64,000 bases of DNA from Candidatus Aminicenantes bacterium. GTDB lineage: Bacteria > Acidobacteriota > Aminicenantia > Aminicenantales > Aminicenantaceae. Of this stretch, positions 36,619-46,429 are shown one piece after another. The stretch spans positions 4,264,520 through 4,328,519 of the forward strand of contig CP070750.1 of assembly GCA_020348385.1 (NCBI GenBank), read 5' to 3'. A program made the translations under genes and the position numbers. The notes under the pieces are model-generated. The model was given only the letters and a program-made list of their open reading frames with translations. It was not told where the DNA came from and did not search any database. How positions within the stretch are numbered: the first letter of the stretch is position 1; each line of letters opens with the position of its first letter.

Positions 36619-38745
36619 ATGAAGCTTAAATCAAGTTTTTTCCTCAGGATGGCCGTCATGTTTACCATGTTTGGTCTGATTATTCACGTTCCCCTGAACG
36701 CCGCACAAAAAGTGCCGATCAGCTTTGACAAATACCATGGCTTCTATGGCACGGTGGACTATCTCAAAGCCGTGGCCAAAGCCTATCCCGACATCACAAA
36801 ACTCCTGGATATCGGGAAAAGCACGATGGGCAGATCGATCTATGTCCTTGTGATTTCCAATATGGGAACAGGGACGACGATCGACGCCCATGTGGGCCTA
36901 CGAAACATGCGAAAAGAAGGGGTGAAAAATGTAATCCCGATGAAACCCTATCAAGGAAAACCAGCCCTATGGATCTCCGGAGCCACGCATGGGAACGAGT
37001 TCACCGGAACCGAGGTCTGCCTGTATACCATCGACAAACTGGTCTCAGGATATGGATCTGACGAGCAGGTCACAGCAATTATCGATAATAAAACCTTTTA
37101 CATCTGCCCGATTGTCAATCCGGATGGCGTGTACAACAGCGTGGAAAGGGGCATTCCGCAGAGAGCCAACAGCATGAATAAAGACGACGATAAAGATGGC
37201 AAAGTGAACGAGGATGGTCCAGACGACCTCGACAGTGACGGTCGGATCCTCCAGTTCCGTTACAAGAATCCCAAAGGGAACTATGTCGTGGACGACCAAG
37301 ACCCCCGCTTGATGATACGACTCCGGGGAAACCAGAAAACCGACAAGCCCCGTTATTCCGTTATCACAGAGGATAAAGATAACGATGGCGACAACAAGCA
37401 CGGGGAGGATTCAGAGTCAGGGATCGATCTCAACCGCAATTACCCCGAGGGCTGGTGGCGCACCGACGGTTTTGCCGGCGGAAAGGGGGACTACCCCATT
37501 TCAGCGCCTGAAACCCACGCCATGGCCGAATTTGTAACCAACCACACCAATATTCTGATGGCGCAAAATTACCATACATCGGGAGGATTCACCTTCCGGC
37601 CGATGGGGACAGCTCCACACACCAACCTTCACCCCAAGGATGTGGCGGTGATGGATTTCATCATGGGGAAAAAATACCTGGAGATCATCGGAGAAGATGT
37701 GCCGGAAGCATGGAAAAATCCCGAGGATCTGGATAAATATAAAGAAGAGCTCAAAAAAACATCGAAAAACAAATACGCCATCATGCGCGGATACGAGCTG
37801 CCAAGAGGTTGGAGAGTCAGCTACAACGAAGAACGGGACCAACGTTATGGATACGGCATGGCAGCTGACTGGATGTACATGCAATACGGCATGTTCGCCC
37901 TATGCACTGAACTCTGGAATCCGATGAATGACATCCGGGATTTCCCCAAACCCGAAGGGGATGTGAACTACACACAGATTCAACGGGAAGCGCTGAAATA
38001 CCAGGACGAAAAATACGACGGTAAACTTTTTATCGATTGGAAACCATACAATCACCCCGAGCTGGGTGAGGGTGAGATCGGCGGCTGGCTTCCCAACTTG
38101 CGTAACAATGCATGGCCCGGGGATCCGCTCCGTAAAGTCTGCCAAGACCATTGGCAGTTCACGCTCTTCCGCGCTGGGCTTTTACCGGAGGTCGTGATCA
38201 CCGATGTTAAGGCCGAGGTGTTGTACACAGCCAACAGCGCCAAAGAGGCAAAAGCTATTCAGAGTGGTGATCAGGTCACGATCAAAAAAGGGCAGTCAAA
38301 GGGAAAATTCAAGGTAATCAAGATCACAGCTCAAGTCAAAAACGAGGGGAAACTAGCCACCCATGTCGCCCGAGGAGCCCAACTTGCCGGAAATCGGGAG
38401 GATGTGATCTGGTTGGTAGGCGATCCCGCCAAAACAACTTATCTGTTGGGAACGCCATTCCAAAAGCTGGGAGTGATGGAAGGAACCATGAAAATTCCCG
38501 GGTACTCAGGACAAAGGATGCCGGCAGCCCCTGCCCAGCAGCGATCCCAGCGGCGGTTCTTCTATCCTCCGGGCTACCCGATGCCCTTCATGCGGCAACA
38601 ACGGAGGCAGCCGACCCGAGTTGACCAGAAGGGCCCTTCACGGACAGCCAAATGGCTGGTGGCGGTGGAAGGAAACACGCCGCTCAAAGTGGTTGTCAGT
38701 TCGCAGAAGGGCGGCACCAAAGCGAAACCTGTCTCTATCGATTAA
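36619..38745 (+). CDS. M14-family zinc carboxypeptidase with Asp-rich calcium-binding-like inserts and a C-terminal beta-rich domain
   Basis: Signal peptide. WISGATHGNEFTG (HxxE zinc-ligand motif) and later H. Inserts NKDDDKDGKVNEDGPDDLDSDGRI and DKDNDGDNKHGEDSESGIDLNRN. Confidence 0.8.
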   Translation: MKLKSSFFLRMAVMFTMFGLIIHVPLNAAQKVPISFDKYHGFYGTVDYLKAVAKAYPDITKLLDIGKSTMGRSIYVLVISNMGTGTTIDAHVGLRNMRKEGVKNVIPMKPYQGKPALWISGATHGNEFTGTEVCLYTIDKLVSGYGSDEQVTAIIDNKTFYICPIVNPDGVYNSVERGIPQRANSMNKDDDKDGKVNEDGPDDLDSDGRILQFRYKNPKGNYVVDDQDPRLMIRLRGNQKTDKPRYSVITEDKDNDGDNKHGEDSESGIDLNRNYPEGWWRTDGFAGGKGDYPISAPETHAMAEFVTNHTNILMAQNYHTSGGFTFRPMGTAPHTNLHPKDVAVMDFIMGKKYLEIIGEDVPEAWKNPEDLDKYKEELKKTSKNKYAIMRGYELPRGWRVSYNEERDQRYGYGMAADWMYMQYGMFALCTELWNPMNDIRDFPKPEGDVNYTQIQREALKYQDEKYDGKLFIDWKPYNHPELGEGEIGGWLPNLRNNAWPGDPLRKVCQDHWQFTLFRAGLLPEVVITDVKAEVLYTANSAKEAKAIQSGDQVTIKKGQSKGKFKVIKITAQVKNEGKLATHVARGAQLAGNREDVIWLVGDPAKTTYLLGTPFQKLGVMEGTMKIPGYSGQRMPAAPAQQRSQRRFFYPPGYPMPFMRQQRRQPTRVDQKGPSRTAKWLVAVEGNTPLKVVVSSQKGGTKAKPVSID

Positions 38746-38752
38746 ACGGAGG

Positions 38753-40228
38753 ATGAAGATGAAAATCAAAAGATTGATTAGATACACAGCCACTTTCCTA
38801 TTAGCCATGGTCTTGGTCCTGACTCCCCCAGGTTTTTCTCAGAAAAAACAACAAAAAAGCCCGGGCGGCTATCACGGGGAATTGGACTTTCCGATCAGCT
38901 GGAGCCGGTATTACAGCTATGCGGAGTGGACCAAGATCATGCACGACATCCAGAAAAAGTATCCTCAACTCGCGGATATCCAGTCCATCGGAAAAAGCCG
39001 GATGGGCCGAGACCAGTATTTGATCACCATCACAGCCAAGGAAACCGGAAATCATACTGAAAAAACAGCCATGTGGGTGGACGGGGCTATCCACGGTAAC
39101 GAGGTCAACGGGATCACCTGTTCTTTGTATTTGATGTGGTACCTGCTAACACGGTATGACTATGATCCCTATGTGCACGATCTGGTGGACAACTGCACTT
39201 TCTACATCCTGCCGGGACTGCATGTCGATGCCAACGAATCCTTTGTTATGCATCCCAACACCCCGAATAATCCGCGCGAGCCCTACCGGCCGGAAGATAA
39301 CGATGGCGATGGGCTTTATGATGAGGACCGAACCGAGGATGTGGACGGGGATGGGGAGCTCTCCACCATGTACATCGAGGATCCCAAAGGGACCTATAAG
39401 TTATCTGCTGATAAACGGCTGTTCGTACGGACGGATGATCCCGAAGAGGGAGTGCAACTATTCACGCGCATCGGAGGAGAAGGATACGACAACGATAGCG
39501 ATGGATTGATCAATGAGGACGATATCGGGGGACCTGATCCCAATCGGAATTTTCCGTACGGATGGAACCTTAATGCGGGTAATCCCTATCCGATGTCAGA
39601 GCCCGAATGCCGAAACGTGTTCGAGTTTCAACTCAAGCACCCGAACATCTTCGCCAGTTTTCATTATCACAACACGGGCCGTTTGATCATGTTCCAGGCT
39701 CCTCCAGCAGTTCGTGAGCCCGGGATGTCACCTGAACAAACCCAGCGCATGCGGGAAATGCAGGAACAGCGTCTGGCCTTGATGCGGGAAACCAACAAGT
39801 ATGCTCAACTTTTCGACCGCCAGGTAGCACCGGTCAATCAACACGATATGGATACCCAAACAGCCATCGTTACCGCAGGAGCACGGATTCTACAAAACTA
39901 CCGCCCGACCATCGCCGGGCTAAGCGGCCAGGCCCACGCCGCCACTTACTATATGCTCGGTGCCTACAGTTATCTGATCGAACTCTGGGGCTCGAATACA
40001 GAATATGCGGATATGGACGATGACGGCCGTGTTTCCGATGAAGAGATGCTCCAATGGATCGACATCGAGCTCATGGGTGAGGGTTGGATCGATCCCCACA
40101 AAGTCGACCATCCGGACCTGGGTGAGATCTGGATCGGCGGGACACCAAAAAAACACATTCGCAGAACCCCTCCTGCGCGGTATATCGAACAGGAAGCCTA
40201 TAAAAATGCCCAGTTCGTGATGTATTGA
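38753..40228 (+). CDS. M14-family zinc carboxypeptidase (paralog), terminated by an in-frame TGA that separates it from its C-terminal domain
   Basis: ACGGAGG RBS, ATG at 38753. WVDGAIHGNEVNG HxxE motif. Inserts EDNDGDGLYDEDRTEDVDGDGELS and YDNDSDGLINEDDIGGPDPNRN. The TGA at 40226-40228 aligns with an Arg codon of the paralog at 36619..38745. Confidence 0.75.
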   Translation: MKMKIKRLIRYTATFLLAMVLVLTPPGFSQKKQQKSPGGYHGELDFPISWSRYYSYAEWTKIMHDIQKKYPQLADIQSIGKSRMGRDQYLITITAKETGNHTEKTAMWVDGAIHGNEVNGITCSLYLMWYLLTRYDYDPYVHDLVDNCTFYILPGLHVDANESFVMHPNTPNNPREPYRPEDNDGDGLYDEDRTEDVDGDGELSTMYIEDPKGTYKLSADKRLFVRTDDPEEGVQLFTRIGGEGYDNDSDGLINEDDIGGPDPNRNFPYGWNLNAGNPYPMSEPECRNVFEFQLKHPNIFASFHYHNTGRLIMFQAPPAVREPGMSPEQTQRMREMQEQRLALMRETNKYAQLFDRQVAPVNQHDMDTQTAIVTAGARILQNYRPTIAGLSGQAHAATYYMLGAYSYLIELWGSNTEYADMDDDGRVSDEEMLQWIDIELMGEGWIDPHKVDHPDLGEIWIGGTPKKHIRRTPPARYIEQEAYKNAQFVMY

Positions 40229-40636
40229 GTCAGCGAGTTCACCAAAGTTGAAATATCAGATGTCGCTGTGAGGCCTGCCGCAGACAGCCTTTACTGGATC
40301 GAAACAACAGTCAAAAACGACAGGGTTTACCCAACTGCCTCGGATAGAGCTAAACAATTTAAACTGGTTGAACAGGATAGGATCATGCTCAAGGCATCGA
40401 ACAATATTGCGATGATCGAGGTTCCCAAAGGTTCAGCCGCCACCAACCCAACAAATCCCAATGCTCAGGTGGAAGTGATCACAAAAAAGGGAACAGAGTT
40501 TTGGCTCAAAGGAAAGGAGACTCTTCGTTTCGGCGCTTTGGTGAAAATGGACGGAAGTCAGGGTTGGATCGAAGTTCAAGTGAAGTCACAAAACGGAGGC
40601 ACAGACACGAAACGGATCAATCTCAAAATTCAGTAG
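40229..40636 (+). pseudogene. Same-frame continuation after the TGA. It encodes a C-terminal domain homologous to the C-terminal domain of the first M14 carboxypeptidase, so this is either a split/pseudogenised tail or a sequencing error.
   Basis: Translation VSEFTKVEISDVAVRP...VKSQNGG is in the same frame as 38753..40228. It aligns without gaps to ...LLPEVVITDVKAEVLY...VKNEG of the upstream paralog. The ORF track lists it only from a GTG at 40268. Confidence 0.5.
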
Positions 40637-40680
40637 ACTCGTATCGTTTTTAGCATAAATTTTAATTTTGCGAGGTTTTT

Positions 40681-42030
40681 ATGAAAACAAAAAAGTCTTT
40701 GTTTATCTTAACAGTCGTCCTTTTATCCATGGTTGTGGGAACGACACATCCTCAGGATATCGGAACCGCAGCAGTTCGTGACATCGACAACATTCTTCAG
40801 GAAAAAGATAGAGCAAAAGTCATGAACGAAATTCTGGAATGGAGGTTGGAACACATTATTCCCGAGCTGATGCGGAGGGAAAGGATCGATATGTGGCTCA
40901 TCATCTGCAGGGAGTATAACGAGGACCCGGTTTATCTGACTTTGGTACCAGAACCGACCATGGCCGCCCGCCGAACGTCTATCCTCATCTTCCATGATAA
41001 AGGAGAAGAAGAGGGCGTGGCCCGATTGACAGGCAGTTTCTATGGGATGGGAAAATGGTACAAATCCATCTTCACCGACCAAAGCAAAGACCAATTTGAA
41101 GTCCTGGCTGAATATATCAAAGAAAGCGCTCCGAAAAAAATAGGGATCAACGAATCGGAAACTTGGGCCTTCGGAGATGGGTTGTCCGCTTCATTCAAAG
41201 CCAGTTTAATCAAGGCCCTTGGACCTGAATTGTCAGCCCGTCTGGTTTCGGCGGAAAACCTGTGTGTGGGATGGCTGGAAACGCGGAGCCCTCGTGAACT
41301 GAGCCTGTATCGTCACATCTGCGGGATCGCTCATGACATCATTGCCGAATTCTTTTCTAATCAGGTGATCGTTCCCGATGCAACCACCACGGAGGACGTT
41401 GTCTGGTGGATCCGACAAAGGATCACGGGACTCGGGCTAGAACCATGGTTTCAGCCTTCTGTCTCGATTCAACGATCCAAGAAGGACTCGGAGTTGTATA
41501 AAGACAACCCTCGTGTGATCCGGCGGGGAGACCTGTTGCATTGTGATGTCGGCATCGTCTATTTGGGACTATGCACGGACACTCAAGAGAACGCTTACGT
41601 GTGCCGAATCGGCGAAACCGATGCCCCGGAGGGATTGAAAGAAGCGCTGCGGAGGGGAAACCGGTTGCAGGATATCGTGATGGCAGAACACCGTTTCGGC
41701 CGAACCGGCAACGAAGTTCTCAGTACTTCTCTCGAAAAGGCCAAGGCCGAAGGCCTGACTCCTGCCGTTTACTGTCATCCCCTCGGTGTTCATGGCCACG
41801 CAGCCGGATTTGTGGTTGGTCTCTGGAATCGACAGGACGGCGTCCCGGTTAGAGGTGACTATCCTTTGTATTACAACACATGCTACGCGATCGAAATGAA
41901 CAATAAGTATGAAGTTCCGGAGTGGAACAATCAGGAGATCCGGATGGGCCTGGAAGAGGGCGGTGTGTTTACCAAAGGTGGCTGCCATTTCATCGACGGG
42001 CGTCAAACAAAGCTTTTTCTTATTAAATAA
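40681..42030 (+). CDS. M24-family metallopeptidase (Xaa-Pro aminopeptidase / creatinase-like), secreted
   Basis: Signal peptide. Creatinase-like N-domain and a pita-bread-fold C-domain with metal-ligand-like residues (HCDVGIVY, H...HGHAAGF, E). Confidence 0.7.
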   Translation: MKTKKSLFILTVVLLSMVVGTTHPQDIGTAAVRDIDNILQEKDRAKVMNEILEWRLEHIIPELMRRERIDMWLIICREYNEDPVYLTLVPEPTMAARRTSILIFHDKGEEEGVARLTGSFYGMGKWYKSIFTDQSKDQFEVLAEYIKESAPKKIGINESETWAFGDGLSASFKASLIKALGPELSARLVSAENLCVGWLETRSPRELSLYRHICGIAHDIIAEFFSNQVIVPDATTTEDVVWWIRQRITGLGLEPWFQPSVSIQRSKKDSELYKDNPRVIRRGDLLHCDVGIVYLGLCTDTQENAYVCRIGETDAPEGLKEALRRGNRLQDIVMAEHRFGRTGNEVLSTSLEKAKAEGLTPAVYCHPLGVHGHAAGFVVGLWNRQDGVPVRGDYPLYYNTCYAIEMNNKYEVPEWNNQEIRMGLEEGGVFTKGGCHFIDGRQTKLFLIK

Positions 42031-42287
42031 CCCAAAAGATATTTTTGCTATCGAAGCATCCCCCACCAGGAGTGCTTAGAACATCCATTTGACCCCAAAA
42101 AATCGTTTGTAAGCCCTTATTTTCGCACTAAAATGAATGTAACATATTTTTTTTCAACCAGTTAAGTCGGTCTGACCCCCATAAAAAGATTAAAACTTTT
42201 TAATGTTATATTCATATTCTTTTAACATTCATTTGTTATCCTAAGTAATCGTGAAGGAGTGAATTTCGAAAGAAATAGGAGAGCTGA

Positions 42288-43580
42288 ATGAAGCGATCGC
42301 GAATAATCTTTTTTCTACTCGTGTGGATCTTTTGTGCCTTGACCACAACTCAACTTTCGGCTGACGATCTTAAGGTCAACGTGGATGAACTGAAGGAGGC
42401 CGCCCCCAAAGTCTTCCTCGACTGCCGCCGTTGCGACAGGGATTATTTCCGGGAGGAGATCACCTATATCAATTATGTCAGGGATAGGAAGGATGCGGAC
42501 ATCCATGTCCTGGTGACAGAACAAAGCACAGGAAGCGGAGGTCGAGAATACACCTTCGCTTTTATCGGATTGAATCAATTCGCAGGCCTGGACAACACTC
42601 TCACCTACTCATCTGGACCGAATGACACGAGGGATGAAATAAGGAAAGGTCAAGTAGAAGTGATGAAAAGAGGAATCTTCCCGTATGTGCTCAATACACC
42701 GATTGCCGAGCACATATACCTGAGCTTCCGGCAAAAGCTCGAGCCAACCGCTGTGAAGGACCCCTGGAATTTTTGGGTTTTCAGCATAAGCGGAGACGCC
42801 CGTATTTCTGGAGAATCCAGCAGGACGTCCCGCTCTTTGGATGTGAATATCTCGGCCAACAGGGTTACACCCGACTGGAAGATCCGGTTAGGGCTGTCTG
42901 GCGAATTTGACAAACGCACTTACGACTATGAAGACGAATACATCGAAAGTATATCAGAGGAAAAAAACGCAACGAGCATGGTCGTTAAAAGCATCAACGA
43001 CCACTGGTCTGTGGGAGGCTGGGTTGAAGCTGAGTCGAACACGTACAGCAACCTGGATCTCCTTTTCACGATTGCCCCAGCTTTGGAATATAATATTTGG
43101 CCTTATGACGAATCCACCAGGCGTCAACTCCGAATCATGTACAGAATCGGATTCAATCACGCCAATTACATGGAAGAAACGATTTACGAAAAAATGTCCG
43201 AAATCCTGTTCAACCAGTCCCTTACCGTAACCCTAGCGATCAGGGAACCCTGGGGGAGCATATCTACATCGCTGGAAGGCTCTCATTATTTCCATGATTT
43301 CAAAATGAATCGTCTGGAGTGGAACGGATTTCTGGACATCCGTCTTTTCAAAGGGCTTTCGTTGGATATATATGGACGATATGACCTCGTTCATGACCAA
43401 TTGTCCCTGCCAATAGGAGATGCTTCTCTGGATGAGGTCCTCCTGGCAAGAAAAGAGCTGCTCACATCTTATGATTATTCCATATCCGTGGGATTGCGGT
43501 ATACATTCGGATCTGTGTATAGCAACGTGGTCAATCCCCGGTTCGGAAGAACACGATATCGAGGAAGAGGCAGGTTTTAG
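42288..43580 (+). CDS. Putative outer-membrane beta-barrel protein (hypothetical)
   Basis: Signal peptide MKRSRIIFFLLVWIFCALTT. Alternating amphipathic beta-strand-like segments. C-terminal ...RYRGRGRF ends in an aromatic residue, as in OMP C-termini. Confidence 0.45.
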   Translation: MKRSRIIFFLLVWIFCALTTTQLSADDLKVNVDELKEAAPKVFLDCRRCDRDYFREEITYINYVRDRKDADIHVLVTEQSTGSGGREYTFAFIGLNQFAGLDNTLTYSSGPNDTRDEIRKGQVEVMKRGIFPYVLNTPIAEHIYLSFRQKLEPTAVKDPWNFWVFSISGDARISGESSRTSRSLDVNISANRVTPDWKIRLGLSGEFDKRTYDYEDEYIESISEEKNATSMVVKSINDHWSVGGWVEAESNTYSNLDLLFTIAPALEYNIWPYDESTRRQLRIMYRIGFNHANYMEETIYEKMSEILFNQSLTVTLAIREPWGSISTSLEGSHYFHDFKMNRLEWNGFLDIRLFKGLSLDIYGRYDLVHDQLSLPIGDASLDEVLLARKELLTSYDYSISVGLRYTFGSVYSNVVNPRFGRTRYRGRGRF

Positions 43581-43611
43581 CCCCGAAAAACCAGCCTTAA
43601 AGGATACAAAA

Positions 43612-44280
43612 ATGGGAATCAACTTCCATCGTCGTTTTTTCTGTTTTTTCTTAGCCGCCCTTCTCTTCCTTCCGCTTGTTTCAACCAGCCATTCAAAAAC
43701 ACAAAAGGATAACCCAAATCTCGATCAAAGAGTCAGAAATTTTCTCGACAGCCACCGCCGTTCGTGGAGAGACATGAACGTATCGGAAATGGACGGAAAG
43801 ATACTGTACGATCTCATCATCAAGAACAATTACAAAAGAGCCCTGGAAATCGGAACATCCACCGGGCATTCGGGAATCTGGATCGCCTGGGCCCTAAGCA
43901 AAACCGGCGGTAAACTCATCACCATCGAAATAAACGAATGGCGCCACCGAGAAGCCCTGTCGAATTTTGAGGAGGCCGGGCTTTCCGATTACATCGATGC
44001 CAGGCTCGGGGATGCCCACGAACTTGTCCCCAAACTCCAAGGTCCCCTCGATTTTGTTTTCAGCGATGCAGATAAGGGATGGTACAAGAATTATCTCATT
44101 GCCGTTTTACCCAAACTCGAAGTGGGAGGGTGTTTCACAGCCCATAATGTGTCTGGAAGAAGACAGTATGGGATCGGAGAGTTTCTCGATTATCTGGAAA
44201 GTCTCCCCAACATGGAAACCACGATCGACCGATCCAGTTGGTCGGGCATTTCGATCAGCTACAAAAAATCGGAGAAATAA
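43612..44280 (+). CDS. Class I SAM-dependent O-methyltransferase (family 3, caffeoyl-CoA OMT-like) with N-terminal hydrophobic leader
   Basis: ALEIGTSTGHSGIWIAWAL (SAM motif I), GKLITIE, and DFVFSDADKGWY are typical of O-methyltransferase family 3. Leader MGINFHRRFFCFFLAALLFLPLVSTS. Confidence 0.75.
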   Translation: MGINFHRRFFCFFLAALLFLPLVSTSHSKTQKDNPNLDQRVRNFLDSHRRSWRDMNVSEMDGKILYDLIIKNNYKRALEIGTSTGHSGIWIAWALSKTGGKLITIEINEWRHREALSNFEEAGLSDYIDARLGDAHELVPKLQGPLDFVFSDADKGWYKNYLIAVLPKLEVGGCFTAHNVSGRRQYGIGEFLDYLESLPNMETTIDRSSWSGISISYKKSEK

Positions 44281-44332
44281 GCGCATGCCCAATTCCATTT
44301 CCTTTTCCGACGACGTGAATTATAATAAATCC

Positions 44333-45004
44333 ATGCGGATCCTGATCGTGGAAGACGACAAAAAAGTCGGGGGATTCTTGAAGAGGGGGCTTCAGGAAGA
44401 ACAATATGCTGTTGATGTGTGCCGCAACGGTGCCGATGCTCTGTACATGGCCCAGCTCAACCCGTACGATGTGATCATTTTGGATATCATGCTGCCAGGG
44501 ATGGACGGCTTCTCTGTTTGTCGGGAAATAAGACAAAAAGCTATCCTCACGCCGATCCTCATGTTGACAGCCAAAGACGAAATCGAGGATAAGGTGGCCG
44601 GGCTTTCCGAAGGCGCCGATGACTACCTGACCAAACCCTTCTCCTTCGATGAACTATTGGCCCGGATTCGCGCACTCCTCAGGAGAAGTCAGGATTACAA
44701 GACCAAAGTGTTGAAAGCGGGAGACCTGGAATTGGATCCTACGAGGCGGATGGTAACCAGATCAGGCAAAAAGATCGAGCTCACAGGCAAAGAATACGCT
44801 TTGTTGGAGTATTTGCTGCGAAGCCGAGGCAGAACCGTGACCCCATCCATGATCCTGGAACATGTCTGGGATATGGATTATATGGGATCCAGCAATATCG
44901 TGAATGTTTACATCAATCATCTCCGCAACAAGATCGATAAAGATTTTGATAACAAACTCATTCAAACCGTACGCGGCCATGGATTCAGGATCGATGAAGA
45001 TTAA
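44333..45004 (+). CDS. OmpR-family two-component response regulator
   Basis: MRILIVEDD...D...LMLTAKD receiver followed by a winged-helix trans_reg_C (LTGKEYALLEYLLRSRGRTVT...VRGHGFRI). Alternative upstream ATG at 44285. Confidence 0.9.
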   Translation: MRILIVEDDKKVGGFLKRGLQEEQYAVDVCRNGADALYMAQLNPYDVIILDIMLPGMDGFSVCREIRQKAILTPILMLTAKDEIEDKVAGLSEGADDYLTKPFSFDELLARIRALLRRSQDYKTKVLKAGDLELDPTRRMVTRSGKKIELTGKEYALLEYLLRSRGRTVTPSMILEHVWDMDYMGSSNIVNVYINHLRNKIDKDFDNKLIQTVRGHGFRIDED

Positions 45005-46421
45005 AAAATTCCGGTCACTCAGCTTCAAACTTACGCTCTGGTATGTCGTCATCCTGGGAGGAATCATCATCCTGGCGGGGATTTTTCAATATCAAGGATT
45101 CAAAGACGGCCTCCTGCATGACTTGGATGTCAAGCTCCTCGAGATCGCCGACGAAACATATGAATCCTGGTACCGTGAGCGAGGTGTGTCCTGGGAAGAT
45201 GCCATCCAGAAGTCAAAAATCAGGTTCCAATCTTACCAACCGCTGATCCAACTGGTCCAACTGGGTGAAAAAGACAAAAAAAAGATCGAAAAGGTTATTC
45301 GCGATCCACAAATTCCAGAGAAAAGTTTTCTGTTTGATAATAAAACATATTACCAGGCCGATCGCTCTGATATCGATAGTCTGATCTACGAGACTTTAAT
45401 AGAAAAAAAACTGGGCGCCTATCCCGTTCGCACCCTTCTATTTCCCATAAGAGGACCTAATATCATGCAGGTGGGGATTTCGCTGGAAAAAACCGAGCTC
45501 GATCTGAGAAGACTGATGATCGTCATGTTTCTCGCAGGAGGCGGGTTGATGCTGCTGGCTTCTTTGGGAGGTAACTTCATCATCCGGAAGGCCCTAAAAC
45601 CGGTCAAGAGTGTCGTGCGAACAGCAAAGGATATCACAGCCGATGACCTGTCCCTGCGGATCGAGGCTGGAAAACGGAAAGATGAGATCGGAGAACTGGT
45701 TGATACCATTAATGATATGATCTCCCGGTTGGAAAAATCGGTCAAAAAAATCAAACAATTCAGCGGCGATGTCTCCCACGAGTTGAGAACGCCGCTGACC
45801 ATCATTCGTGGTGAGATCGAAGTGCTTCTCCGGAAAGAGCGCAGCAAAGAAGAGTATCAAAAAACATTGAAGAGCAATCTCGAAGAGGCTGCCTATCTGG
45901 AGCGGATAATCGATGACCTGCTTTTCCTGTCCCGAATCGAAGCTCTGGAAAAAAAAGAGTTCGACAAGTCGGTCCCGTTGGATGAGATCCTGCTCAAAGT
46001 CCTGGAAAGCCAGGAGCTTGCTGCAAAAAAGGAAAGCATAACACTGGATATCAAAAAGGTAGAACCCGCCCAAATCAAAGGTGAAGAAATCTTGTTGGAA
46101 AGGATGATCGCCAACATCGTCGACAATGCCATCCGGTACACACATCCGGGAGGAAAAGTGGAAGTCAGCCTGGATAAAAAGAACGGGATATACACCCTCC
46201 AAGTACAAGACACGGGCTCCGGGATACCGGAGGAATCACTCCCCCTGATCTTCGACCGTTTTTACGTCGTGGATAAATCCCGCTTCAAGGAAACGGGCGG
46301 TTTGGGACTGGGCCTCTCCATCGTCAAACAGGTGGCCGATTGCCACGGGGGAAAAATCGAAGTGGAGAGCGAACTGAACGAAGGGACCAAGTTCCTCATC
46401 CGCTTCCCGGAAACACAATAA
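44994..46421 (+). CDS. Sensor histidine kinase (two TM, HAMP, HisKA, HATPase_c)
   Basis: Start overlaps the response-regulator stop. H-box SHELRTPLT. N/G1/G2 boxes (IVDNAIRYT, DTGSGIP, GGLGLGLSIV). Confidence 0.9.
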   Translation: MKIKKFRSLSFKLTLWYVVILGGIIILAGIFQYQGFKDGLLHDLDVKLLEIADETYESWYRERGVSWEDAIQKSKIRFQSYQPLIQLVQLGEKDKKKIEKVIRDPQIPEKSFLFDNKTYYQADRSDIDSLIYETLIEKKLGAYPVRTLLFPIRGPNIMQVGISLEKTELDLRRLMIVMFLAGGGLMLLASLGGNFIIRKALKPVKSVVRTAKDITADDLSLRIEAGKRKDEIGELVDTINDMISRLEKSVKKIKQFSGDVSHELRTPLTIIRGEIEVLLRKERSKEEYQKTLKSNLEEAAYLERIIDDLLFLSRIEALEKKEFDKSVPLDEILLKVLESQELAAKKESITLDIKKVEPAQIKGEEILLERMIANIVDNAIRYTHPGGKVEVSLDKKNGIYTLQVQDTGSGIPEESLPLIFDRFYVVDKSRFKETGGLGLGLSIVKQVADCHGGKIEVESELNEGTKFLIRFPETQ

Positions 46422-46429
46422 ACTGGAAA

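Noticed and set aside
36619-40228. Asp-rich DxDxDG segments in the M14 peptidases considered as a tandem-repeat (VNTR/CRISPR-like) element
   Set aside because: The nucleotide sequences are not direct repeats. They are protein-level acidic loops within a coding frame.
43967-44332. N-terminal 120-aa extension of the response-regulator ORF as given in the ORF track
   Set aside because: The extension overlaps the O-methyltransferase gene in another frame. The receiver domain begins at MRILIVEDD at 44333, and the upstream part is an out-of-frame artefact.
45594-46208. 204-aa and overlapping 106-/142-aa ORFs on the - strand
   Set aside because: Antisense to the histidine-kinase gene 44994..46421, which has clear H, N and G boxes. 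These are spurious.
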